Shown here one piece after another: positions 1 to 9,596 of a stretch of 22,198 bases of DNA. Under the pieces are notes generated by a model. That model worked only from the letters and a program-made list of their open reading frames with translations. It was not told the DNA's origin and did no database searches. The stretch comes from Dehalococcoidia bacterium (GTDB taxonomy: Bacteria > Chloroflexota > Dehalococcoidia > DSTF01 > RBG-16-68-14): contig JBBEBM010000017.1 in assembly GCA_040882355.1 (NCBI GenBank), positions 124,001 through 146,198 of the forward strand. The letters run 5' to 3'. A program made the translations under genes and the position numbers. The first letter of the stretch is position 1, and each line of letters starts with the position of its first letter.

Positions 1-561
<561 letters not shown>

Positions 562-581
562 CGGTCGTGGCGGAGACGGCG

Positions 582-1139
582 ATGATCGACGAGACGCTGA
601 CGGACGCGGAGCAGCGCATGGCCAAGGCAGTGGAGGCGCTACGGAGGGAGCTCGCGACGGTGCGCACCGGCCGCGCGAGCCCGGCCCTGATCGAGCACCT
701 GCGCATCGACTACTACGGCACGCCGACGCCGCTCAACCAGCTCGCCACGATCGCGGTGCCGGACGCGCGCCTGCTGACGGTCCAGCCGTGGGACAAGAAC
801 GCGCTGGGCCCGATCGAGAAGTCGATCCAGAAGTCGGACCTGGGGCTGAACCCGTCGAATGACGGCAACATCATCCGGCTGGCCATCCCGCCCCTCACGG
901 AGGACCGGCGCAAGGACATGGTGAAGACCGTCCACAAGAAGGTGGAGGACGGGCGCGTATCGATCCGCAACGTCCGTCGCGACGCGCACGAAATGCTGCG
1001 CGAGCTGCTTCGTGAGAAGGACGTCTCCGAGGACGAGGAGCACCGCGCCCAGGAGCAGCTCCAGAAGGTGACAGATCGCTTCATCGCCGAGGCCGAGAAC
1101 GTCGGTCTGGAGAAGGAGCGGGAGCTGATGGAGGTCTAG
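582..1139 (+). CDS. frr: Ribosome recycling factor
   Basis: RTGRASPAL, YYGTPTPLNQLA, IPPLTEDRRKD, RVSIRNVRRDA. ATG 582 preferred over GTG 558 because GGAG lies at 572-575. Confidence 0.97.
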   Translation: MIDETLTDAEQRMAKAVEALRRELATVRTGRASPALIEHLRIDYYGTPTPLNQLATIAVPDARLLTVQPWDKNALGPIEKSIQKSDLGLNPSNDGNIIRLAIPPLTEDRRKDMVKTVHKKVEDGRVSIRNVRRDAHEMLRELLREKDVSEDEEHRAQEQLQKVTDRFIAEAENVGLEKERELMEV

Positions 1140-1146
1140 GGCCGCC

Positions 1147-1926
1147 GTGGTCGTGCAGCCGGTCTCGAAGGAAGCGCCTCGTCTCACGCTGGAGAACGTG
1201 CCGCAGCACGCCGCGATCATCATGGACGGCAACGGCCGCTGGGCGAAGGAGCGCGGCCTATCGAGGCAGGCGGGGCATCGCGCGGGGACGGAGAACATTC
1301 GCCGCGTGATCGAGACCTTCGCCGAGTACGAGGTGCCGGTGTTGACGCTGTTCGCGTTCTCGACAGAGAACTGGGCGCGCCCGAAACGCGAGGTGAACGC
1401 CCTGATCCGGCTGGTCGGGCGCACAATCGACAAGGAGCTGAACGCGCTGCATGAGAACGGCGTCCGCTTGCGTCACCTGGGCCGCCTCGACCCACTGTCG
1501 CCGGATCTGCGCAAGCGCGTCGAGCACGCCATCGAGCAGACGAAGGAGAACACGCGGATCACCGTCAACCTCGCCTTCAACTACGGCGGCCGCCAGGAGA
1601 TCATCGAAGCGGTGCGGCGTATCGTCGAGGACGGGGTGCCGGCGGAGCGCATCGATGAGGCGCTGTTCGCGTCGTACCTGTACACGGCCGGTCTGCCGGA
1701 CGCGGACCTGGTGATCCGCACCGCCGGCGAGGTGCGGCTCTCGAACTTCCTGCTGTGGCAGTCCGCTTACGCCGAATACTACGCCACGCCGGTCTACTGG
1801 CCCGACTTCGGCGTCGAGGAGATCGAGCGGGCGCTGCTCGCCTTCAGCCAGCGCCAGCGCCGCTTCGGAGGCCTGCCGGGCGATTCGCCCGCCAACGGCC
1901 GCCCCAAGCGCGCGAACGGCCCCTAG
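1147..1926 (+). CDS. uppS: Isoprenyl transferase (undecaprenyl diphosphate synthase family)
   Basis: HAAIIMDGNGRWA, FAFSTENWARP, NYGGRQEI, RTAGEVRLSNFLLWQSAYAE, YWPDF. Canonical position after frr. Confidence 0.96.
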   Translation: MVVQPVSKEAPRLTLENVPQHAAIIMDGNGRWAKERGLSRQAGHRAGTENIRRVIETFAEYEVPVLTLFAFSTENWARPKREVNALIRLVGRTIDKELNALHENGVRLRHLGRLDPLSPDLRKRVEHAIEQTKENTRITVNLAFNYGGRQEIIEAVRRIVEDGVPAERIDEALFASYLYTAGLPDADLVIRTAGEVRLSNFLLWQSAYAEYYATPVYWPDFGVEEIERALLAFSQRQRRFGGLPGDSPANGRPKRANGP

Positions 1927-1936
1927 CTCCCGCCAC

Positions 1937-2725
1937 ATGCTCGCCCAGCGGGTCGCGAGCGCAGCCGTCGGCCTCCCCCTCGTCTTCCTGCTGATCTGGG
2001 CGGGCGGCCCCTGGTACACGGCGGCCGTCGCGCTGATCGTGCTGATCGCCGCGCTCGAGTTCCAGGCGGCACACCGCGGGCGCGCGGCGCCGCTGAGCCT
2101 GCTCGCGGCCGGACTGGCGACGGCACTGCCCGCGGGCGCGTTCGTCGGCGCGGACTGGGTGCTCTGGTTCACGATCGGCGGCGCGCTGATCCCGCTCGTC
2201 TGGGTGACGCTGCGAGGCGATCCTGAGAGCGCCCTCGGCGACTGGATGTGGTGTGCCGGCGGCCTGCTCTACGTCGGGCTGCTGGGCTCCTACTTCGTGC
2301 TGCTGCGCGAGGTGTCGAACGGGCGGGACTGGGTGTACCTGACGGTGCTTGGCACGTTCGCCGTCGATACAGCGGCCTATTTCGTGGGGCGGAGCGTCGG
2401 GCGGCGCAAGCTGGCGCCCGCGATCAGCCCGGGCAAGACGGTAGAGGGGACGATCGGCGGGCTGGCCGGCGGGTTCGCGGCGGTGGTGCTGGCGAACTAC
2501 TTCCTCGGCATCCGGCTCGAGGCGGCGCTGATCGTGCCGCTGGCTGCGCTGCTGCCCGTCGCCGCGGTCGTGGGCGACCTGGCGGAGTCGATGATCAAGC
2601 GCGGGATGCACGTGAAGGACGCGAGCCACCTGATCCCGGGCCACGGCGGCGTGCTCGACCGGCTGGACAGCCTGCTCTTCACGTTCCCGGTGGTGTTCTA
2701 TTACCTGACATGGGTGGTGCGCTAA
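1937..2725 (+). CDS. cdsA: Phosphatidate cytidylyltransferase
   Basis: Multi-TM protein with DTAAYFVG, ISPGKTVEG, GDLAESMIKR, KDASHLIPGHGGVLDRLDS. Confidence 0.96.
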   Translation: MLAQRVASAAVGLPLVFLLIWAGGPWYTAAVALIVLIAALEFQAAHRGRAAPLSLLAAGLATALPAGAFVGADWVLWFTIGGALIPLVWVTLRGDPESALGDWMWCAGGLLYVGLLGSYFVLLREVSNGRDWVYLTVLGTFAVDTAAYFVGRSVGRRKLAPAISPGKTVEGTIGGLAGGFAAVVLANYFLGIRLEAALIVPLAALLPVAAVVGDLAESMIKRGMHVKDASHLIPGHGGVLDRLDSLLFTFPVVFYYLTWVVR

Positions 2726-2828
2726 GGGGCTGCGGCGGGCTGTGGGGCGGGGTCGGCGCGCGAGGTCCATATGCGCGTCTGCAGCCTGTCGCCTCGGGCG
2801 ACCCGTCGTGGCGAAAAACCCGCCGCTT

Positions 2829-3000
2829 CTAGCAGGCTGCTGGCACACGGGGGTGCAGGGGGCAGCGCCCCCTGCCGGGGGGCCTGGGGGCCTGTCCTGA
2901 GCGAAGGCGAAGGAGTGTCCCCCAGATTCACCAAACACCGCTGGGCGGGCGGGTGGGAACGAATGACATTGGTTCTTGGCCTCCTTCAGCACCCTGCTCG
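2829..3000. mobile_element. MITE-like element with terminal inverted repeats and nested palindromic repeats
   Basis: Ends CTAGCAGGCTGCTG (2829-2842) and CAGCACCCTGCTCG (2987-3000) match 12/14 as inverted repeats. Inside are a GCAGGGGGC/GCCCCCTGC hairpin and a CTGGGGG/CCCCCAG hairpin interrupted by a 24-bp module (2891-2914). Confidence 0.5.
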
Positions 3001-3030
3001 GGCAGCAGCGCGTATGAGAAGCGGGCGGGG

Positions 3031-3036
3031 TACACT
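3031..3036 (+). promoter_or_regulatory. Candidate -10 box for a leaderless dxr transcript
   Basis: TACACT ends 6 nt before ATG 3043. No clear Shine-Dalgarno at normal spacing. Confidence 0.45.
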
Positions 3037-3042
3037 GAGCGC

Positions 3043-4194
3043 ATGAAGACGAAGCGGCTGGTGATCCTCGGCTCGACCGGGTCCATCGGGCGGCAGACGC
3101 TCGATGTCGTGCGCGAGCTCGGCGACCGGTTCGAGGTGCTGGGGCTGGCGGCGGGACGGAACGTGACGCTGCTGGAGGAGCAGGCGCGCGAGTTCCGGCC
3201 GCGGCTGATCTGGTCGGAGCAGGCCGAGTCGCGGGCGGCGCTGCAGTCGGCGGCGGGCGGCCGGCCGCGCTGGGCGTCGCTTGAAGATCAGGCAGCGCAC
3301 CCGGACGCTGACCTCGTTGTCGTGGGCACGGTCGGGCGGACCGGACTGGCGCCGACGCTGGCGGCGCTGCGAGCGGGCAAGCGAGTGGCGCTCGCGAACA
3401 AGGAAGTACTCGTGATGGCGGGCGCGATCGTCACACAGGCGGCGAAGCAGGGAAAGGGCGAGCTGCTGCCGGTCGACAGCGAGCACAGCGCGATCTGGCA
3501 GTGCCTCTGGGGCGAGAAGGCGAAGTCGGTGCGGCGCGTGCTGCTGACGGCGTCTGGAGGCGCGTTCCGCGACTACTCGCCGGAGCGGCTGGCACAGGTG
3601 ACGCCGGACGAGGCGCTGAACCACCCGACCTGGCAGATGGGGCGCAAGATTACCGTCGACTCCGCCACGCTGATCAATAAGGGCTTCGAGGCGATAGAGA
3701 CGCGCTGGCTCTTCGACGTGCCGCTGGAGCGCGTCGAGATCGTGATGCACCGCGAGAGCATCGTGCACTCGCTCGTCGAGTTCGCGGACGGGAGCGTGAA
3801 GGCGCAGCTCGGCGAGCCGGACATGCGCCTGCCGATCCGCATCGCGCTCTGCTATCCGGAGCGGGCCGAGAACCCGTCGTTCTCGCCGCTCGACCTCGCG
3901 CGTTCGGGCGAGCTGCACTTCGCGGCGCCGGACTTCCCCCGCTACCCCGCACTCGCGCTGACGCTGCGCGCGGGCCGCGAGGGCGGCACCTACCCGGCCG
4001 CGCTGGCCGCGGCAGACGAGGCGGCGGTCGGGCACTTCCTGGCGGGCCATCTCGGCTTCACGGACATCACCCGATTGCTTGAGGAGACACTCGACAAGCA
4101 CGACTCGGCGTCCGATCATGATCTGGAGGCCGTGCTGGCCGCCGACGCCTGGGCGCGGGCCTTCGCGGACGACTGGGTGCGCGCCACGGTGTGA
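3043..4194 (+). CDS. dxr: 1-deoxy-D-xylulose 5-phosphate reductoisomerase
   Basis: ILGSTGSIG, ALANKE, LPVDSEHSAIWQ, TASGG, HPTWQMGRKITVDSATL, PDMRLPI. Start moved to ATG 3043 (MKTKRLVILG). Confidence 0.97.
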   Translation: MKTKRLVILGSTGSIGRQTLDVVRELGDRFEVLGLAAGRNVTLLEEQAREFRPRLIWSEQAESRAALQSAAGGRPRWASLEDQAAHPDADLVVVGTVGRTGLAPTLAALRAGKRVALANKEVLVMAGAIVTQAAKQGKGELLPVDSEHSAIWQCLWGEKAKSVRRVLLTASGGAFRDYSPERLAQVTPDEALNHPTWQMGRKITVDSATLINKGFEAIETRWLFDVPLERVEIVMHRESIVHSLVEFADGSVKAQLGEPDMRLPIRIALCYPERAENPSFSPLDLARSGELHFAAPDFPRYPALALTLRAGREGGTYPAALAAADEAAVGHFLAGHLGFTDITRLLEETLDKHDSASDHDLEAVLAADAWARAFADDWVRATV

Positions 4195-4212
4195 GCGCGG
4201 GCGCGCGACCCT

Positions 4213-4360
4213 CGTAGCTGCAGGGCTTTTGGCCCTGCCCGTAGGAGACCTGGCAGACCCGAAGGTCTGCATCTACGGCAACCCGAGGGACGCCGAGGCT
4301 GGAAAGCCCCGGCTACGGAGGGAGTAGTAGAGGACGCCGAGGCTGGAAAGCCCCGGCCAC
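4213..4360. repeat. GTAG-type REP cluster: inverted REP pair plus 29-bp direct repeat
   Basis: CGTAGCTGCAGGGCTTTTGGCCCTGC (4213-4238) faces GCAGACCCGAAGGTCTGCATCTACG (4253-4277). GGACGCCGAGGCTGGAAAGCCCCGGCYAC occurs at 4288-4316 and 4332-4360. Confidence 0.75.
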
Positions 4361-4418
4361 CGAATGAGAAGACGTGTCGTGTCTGAGGAACATGCGTTAC
4401 CATAAGAGAAGCTAACTG

Positions 4419-5867
4419 ATGGACGTCATCCTCCATTCCGTCCTGCCGTTCTTCGCGATGCTCGTGCTGCTCATGATCGTGCACGAGTGGGGCCACTTCA
4501 TTACCTGCAAGCTGGCGAATGTGAAGGTGCTGGAGTTCGGGCTGGGCCTCCCGCCGAAGCTGTTCGGCTTCAAGCGAGGCGAGACCGAATACACGCTCAA
4601 CGCGCTGCCCGTCGGCGCGTTCGTCCGGCCAGCCGGCGAAGAGGACCCGGAAGACCCGCGCGGCCTGATGGCGCAGCCTCACTGGATACGGCTGGTAATC
4701 CTGAGCGCGGGCGCGCTGATGAACGTCTTCCTCGCAATCTTCCTCTTCTCGCTGGCACTGATGATTCCGCGCACCGTCGACGTGAGCCAGGCGCGGATCG
4801 GCGACGTGATCCCGGGGAGCCCGGCAGACGAGGCGGGGCTGCAGCCGGGTGACGTGATCCGGGAAGTGAACGGGCGGGACGTGGAGAGCACGCAGGAGCT
4901 GAGCTACCTGATCCGACTCCACCTGGGTCAGACGATCGACATGATGGTGCTGCGGCCGGGCGAGACCGGCGCGTCGGGCGATGCCGGCAACATCCTGACC
5001 GTGCCGGTGAAGGCGCGTTGGAGCGCCGATCCGTACACCTACACGTCGGCGATCGCGCCGAGCAACTCGATCGCTGCGACGGACGAGGCGCCGATCGACC
5101 TGCGCGTCACAACGACGGAGGGCTTTGGCGAGAGCGGCATCCTCACGCTCGACGCCGGAAGCGCGAACGAAGAGCACTTCGAGTTCTACTTCAAGAACTC
5201 GGCCACGCTGACGCTGACGGAGCGCGCGGTCGACGGCTCCATAGCACAGGACCACGCGGCGAACGCCCCGATCGAGCACGATGTTGCCCAGGGCCCCACG
5301 GGCATCAGCATTGGCCCGGCCTACACGACGACCCGCGCGCTCACCGACGAAGAGCAGGCCGAGGTCGCCGCGGAGCTGCCCGCGGGGGTCGAGCTGCCGA
5401 CGACGAGGCCGGTGCCGTTCACGGAGACGCAGTGGGACGCGCCGTGGGTGGCCTTCCCGCAGGGCGTCGTTCGCTCGTACGAGTCGCTGATCCTGGCCCG
5501 CAACGAGATCATCTCGAAGGTGAAGGGCGGCGTCGGAGGCAGCAGCGGCTTCCAGGTGACGGGTCCGGTGGGCATCGCCCAGCTCACGGGCGAGGTCGTG
5601 GAGGAGGCGGGCTGGAAGTCGCTGATGGAGTTCGCGGCGCTGATCAGCATGAACCTGGCCGTGCTCAACATCCTGCCGCTGCCGATGCTCGACGGCGGGC
5701 GGATCGTGTTCGTCCTGATCGAGATCGCCCGTCGTGGCAAGCGCATCGCTCCCCAGAGGGAGGCGATGGTGCACCTCGCGGGCCTGGTGGCGATGCTGAC
5801 GTTCGCGGCGGTGATCACCTACTTCGACCTGCTGCGCATCTTCTCGGGCGAAGGCATCCTGCGTTAG
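4419..5867 (+). CDS. rseP: Site-2 intramembrane zinc metalloprotease RseP/RasP (M50B, one PDZ) with a large insertion
   Basis: HEWGH, EFGLGLPP, LPVGAFVR, PDZ-like PGSPADEAGLQPGDVI, TGPVGI, NILPLPMLDGG. Lies between dxr and ispG. Confidence 0.93.
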   Translation: MDVILHSVLPFFAMLVLLMIVHEWGHFITCKLANVKVLEFGLGLPPKLFGFKRGETEYTLNALPVGAFVRPAGEEDPEDPRGLMAQPHWIRLVILSAGALMNVFLAIFLFSLALMIPRTVDVSQARIGDVIPGSPADEAGLQPGDVIREVNGRDVESTQELSYLIRLHLGQTIDMMVLRPGETGASGDAGNILTVPVKARWSADPYTYTSAIAPSNSIAATDEAPIDLRVTTTEGFGESGILTLDAGSANEEHFEFYFKNSATLTLTERAVDGSIAQDHAANAPIEHDVAQGPTGISIGPAYTTTRALTDEEQAEVAAELPAGVELPTTRPVPFTETQWDAPWVAFPQGVVRSYESLILARNEIISKVKGGVGGSSGFQVTGPVGIAQLTGEVVEEAGWKSLMEFAALISMNLAVLNILPLPMLDGGRIVFVLIEIARRGKRIAPQREAMVHLAGLVAMLTFAAVITYFDLLRIFSGEGILR

Positions 5868-5887
5868 TCTCAGGCTCCCACCTTCTT

Positions 5888-5966
5888 CGCGGGTCGGACT
5901 TTAGCCCGACGGGCAGCGCGTCGGGCGGCTTGCCGCCGATTCCGACAGGCTGAAGCCCGTCCCGCG
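5888..5966. repeat. Inverted pair of REP-like hairpins (REPIN-like)
   Basis: CGCGGGTCGGACTTTAGCCCGAC (5888-5910) and GACAGGCTGAAGCCCGTCCCGCG (5944-5966) are diverged inverted copies around a GGCGGC/GCCGCC hairpin. Confidence 0.65.
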
Positions 5967-6019
5967 TGCGCTGAATCTCGCTGTCCCGCAGGCGGAGAAT
6001 TAGCTACCCTACACCTGAT

Positions 6020-7183
<1,164 letters not shown>

Positions 7184-7187
7184 CCCC

Positions 7188-7475
7188 GTGTCCGAATCGC
7201 TTGGTCTGCTGGGCGTCCTGGTGCTCTGGGGCGCCCTCGGTCTCGTGCCCTGGTGCGTCGCGCTCTTCGCCGGGCGAGGCCGCGGCGCACTCGTCGCCAT
7301 GCCGCTCGCGTTCGCGGCGGGCATCGCAGCGGGCGCGCTGGTGCCGGCGCTCGGCGCGAAAGACGCGACGGGCTTCGCGGTGAGCCTGGGCGCCGCGATG
7401 GCCGGCGGGGCGGTGGTGGTAGGTGGACTCGCGTTGCGCGACCGCCGGATGAAGGCGGAGGCGCCCAAGACGTGA
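7188..7475 (+). CDS. Small hypothetical membrane protein (about 3 TM helices)
   Basis: 95 aa, Gly/Ala/Leu-rich hydrophobic segments. Starts 4 nt after ispG stop; its stop overlaps the next start (GTGA). Confidence 0.7.
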   Translation: MSESLGLLGVLVLWGALGLVPWCVALFAGRGRGALVAMPLAFAAGIAAGALVPALGAKDATGFAVSLGAAMAGGAVVVGGLALRDRRMKAEAPKT

Positions 7476-8299
7476 AGGCGGAACAGCTGCGCGACCTCGG
7501 CTTTCAACTGGAGGGCCGTGCACACGGGGGCGAGTCCGGCGGTGCGTGGTTCGCCATCGCTGCCGATGGTGAGCGCGTCGTGCTTAAGTGGTTCGCCGAC
7601 GAGGGCGTGGCCGACCGTTATGCGGTGCTCCTGCCCGCGCTCGACGTGCTGCGTTCGCGTGGCGTGCCCGTGCCCGAGTACCCGCTCGTGCGCGCCGTCG
7701 ACGGGTGGACCCTCTCCGCACAGCAGGTGCTGCCGGGACGATCGTTCCCGATCTGGCCGCCACAGCTGGTCGACCGGATGATCGAGTGTGTCAGCGCCGC
7801 AGCCGGCATCGTCGGTCCACCGCCGTCACCAGCGCAGGGGTGGGGTGAGTTCGTGATTCACACCCTCACGGTGGGCGAGGACGGCGGGGCGCAGCACGAC
7901 TCGCTTCGGGCGCACTCCGATCGCGCCCGGCGCATCATCGACTTGGTCGAGTCGGTCGGCGCCGACGCCGAGCCGTCATGGTTCCCGACGAGCGGGCTCG
8001 TCCATTTCGACCTGCACACCGACAACGTGCTCGCCCTCGATGACGGCACGCTCACCGGGATCGTCGACTGGGAGGGTGCGTGCGCGGGCGATCACCGCTA
8101 CGACCTGGTGGCGTTCGCGTTCGACCTCGACGGTCACGGCCAGCAGATCTGGGACCGGGTCGAGGCGCTCGTCGAGCCGCACGTGCTGCGGGCGTACGTC
8201 GCGCACATGGCGCTCCGTCGCACGGACTGGGCGATCCGCCACCACCCCGAGGATGTCCCCCGGCAGCTGGACCGCGCCGAGCGCGTGCTCGACCGGTAA
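7472..8299 (+). CDS. APH/choline-kinase-family phosphotransferase
   Basis: GGESGGAW loop, VVLK, Brenner motif HFDLHTDNVL, IVDWEGA, YDL. GTG 7472 with GGAGG at 7457-7461. Confidence 0.85.
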   Translation: MKAEQLRDLGFQLEGRAHGGESGGAWFAIAADGERVVLKWFADEGVADRYAVLLPALDVLRSRGVPVPEYPLVRAVDGWTLSAQQVLPGRSFPIWPPQLVDRMIECVSAAAGIVGPPPSPAQGWGEFVIHTLTVGEDGGAQHDSLRAHSDRARRIIDLVESVGADAEPSWFPTSGLVHFDLHTDNVLALDDGTLTGIVDWEGACAGDHRYDLVAFAFDLDGHGQQIWDRVEALVEPHVLRAYVAHMALRRTDWAIRHHPEDVPRQLDRAERVLDR

Positions 8300-8362
8300 A
8301 TCCGGAGCACACCTTCGCTGGCTAGTTGGGGTGCCACCAGATGCGACCATCGCCGCTGGGCA

Positions 8363-8397
8363 GGAAGGTCGGTGAGCGCTTTGCTCCACCGACCTCC
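8363..8397. terminator. GC-rich hairpin downstream of the phosphotransferase gene
   Basis: AGGTCGGTG (8366-8374) pairs with CACCGACCT (8387-8395). No U-tract, so terminator function is uncertain. Confidence 0.3.
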
Positions 8398-8507
8398 GGT
8401 CGTTCAGCTTGATTGCGCGAAGCGGACGTAAAGGTGGTATGCATAAGATCGCCGCGCGCCGTACAGATATTCTCTTTGCCTCCCCCTTTACGATTCCCAC
8501 CTTTAGC

Positions 8508-8533
8508 CTCTGTACATGTAGACTCTGTACATG
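8508..8533 (+). promoter_or_regulatory. Leaderless -10 box overlapped by an 11-bp direct repeat (candidate operator)
   Basis: TAGACT (8519-8524) ends 6 nt before ATG 8531. CTCTGTACATG occurs at 8508-8518 and 8523-8533. Confidence 0.45.
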
Positions 8534-9442
8534 ACCCTCTCCCTCTCCACCATGTGGGCGCAGCAGGAGCGCTTCGACGACATGCACGAGTTCGTGCGCG
8601 TCACGGAAGCGCTCGGCTACGACGCGATCGAGGTGAGTCACTCGACGCCGGAGGAGCGCTTCGAGCGGCTGATCGACGGCGCGGGGGCGCGCCTCTCCAG
8701 CATCCACGCGCCGGCGCCATGGGTGAAGGTGCGCGGCAAGGGGAACAGCTCGCTCAACCTCGCGTCGCTGGACGAAGAGGAGCGGCGGCTGGCGATCGAG
8801 CACACGAAGCGCAGCGTCGACCACGCGGCGACGGCCGGCGCGCGCTACGTCGTCGTGCACCTGGGCGGTGTCGGCGGCAAGATGTTCGACGCCGAGCTGA
8901 AGATGCGCCGCCTGTTCGACGCGGGCACGCGCGAAGGCGATGAGTACCAGTCGCTGCGACGAGAGACGGTGGAACGCCGCGCGCAGGAAGCAGCGCCCTA
9001 CATGGAGAAGGCTCGCGAGACGCTGGCGGAGCTTGTCGCGCACGCGAGCGGCCGCGATGTCGCCCTCGGGCTGGAGAACCGCCTCCACCACCACGAGATC
9101 CCCCTGCCCGACGAGGCGCTGGCGCTGCTCGGCGACTACGCCCCCGACGTCGCCGGCTACTGGCACGACGTCGGCCACGCGGAGGTGCAGGCGCGCCTCG
9201 GCTACGTCGACAAGCGGACGTGGCTCGACACGAACGGCCCCCGCACGATCGGCTCGCACCTGCACGACGTGGACGGCATCGGCGACCATCGCGCGCCCGC
9301 GTACGGCGACGTCGAATGGGACTACATCGCGGATGGCCTGCCGGCGACCGCCCTGCGCGTCTTCGAGATCAACCAGCGCACTCCCGACGAAGCGGTCGCG
9401 GGCGCGATCGCGTTCTTACGAGAGCGCGGCGTCGTTTCGTAG
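8531..9442 (+). CDS. Sugar phosphate isomerase/epimerase, xylose isomerase-like TIM barrel
   Basis: GYDAIEV, SIHAP, VVVHLG, metal-ligand motifs LGLEN, WHDVGHA, HLHD, RVFE. Confidence 0.88.
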   Translation: MTLSLSTMWAQQERFDDMHEFVRVTEALGYDAIEVSHSTPEERFERLIDGAGARLSSIHAPAPWVKVRGKGNSSLNLASLDEEERRLAIEHTKRSVDHAATAGARYVVVHLGGVGGKMFDAELKMRRLFDAGTREGDEYQSLRRETVERRAQEAAPYMEKARETLAELVAHASGRDVALGLENRLHHHEIPLPDEALALLGDYAPDVAGYWHDVGHAEVQARLGYVDKRTWLDTNGPRTIGSHLHDVDGIGDHRAPAYGDVEWDYIADGLPATALRVFEINQRTPDEAVAGAIAFLRERGVVS

Positions 9443-9521
9443 GGCGAGAGCCTCGTAGGGGCGAGAGCCTGCCCTGAGCCCGTCGAAGGGTCTGGTCGCC
9501 CGGGGCGCACGGCAGTGCGCC
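9420..9521 (+). repeat. Direct-repeat unit A (gene 3' end + GTAG REP with nested module + GGCGCAC hairpin)
   Basis: 41-bp core 9461-9501 is identical to 10619-10659 and 10831-10871. Local tandem duplication TCGTAGGG(G)CGAGAGCC at 9437-9469. Confidence 0.9.
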
Positions 9522-9596
9522 GCGGAGCCGTGTCGCTCATGCTCCGAGCACATGCTGGGCCCTCCTTCTACCCCAATGCCCTACCATGTCCGGGCA

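Noticed and set aside
2953..3042. Upstream start for dxr
   Set aside because: It begins inside the MITE-like repeat; Dxr similarity starts at MKTKRLVILGSTGSIG (3043).
4288..4360. 29-bp direct repeat as a mini-CRISPR
   Set aside because: Only two copies with a 15-bp spacer; each is a REP-type hairpin ending in CTAC/CCAC.
4116..5774. Long antisense ORFs (4116-5774, 2986-4272, 6274-7290, 7976-9289, 13305-14165, 14150-15190, 18815-19753 and similar)
   Set aside because: They shadow well-supported genes on the opposite strand. Long stop-free antisense frames are expected at this GC content and show no family motifs.
7253..7471. N-terminal extension of the phosphotransferase ORF given in the track
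   Set aside because: Overlaps the membrane-protein gene in another frame and is Arg/Gly-rich noise. GTG 7472 has an SD and stop-start coupling.
8300..8460. Riboswitch or ncRNA in the intergenic region
   Set aside because: One good hairpin, but I recognise no Rfam consensus. An Infernal/Rfam scan would be needed.
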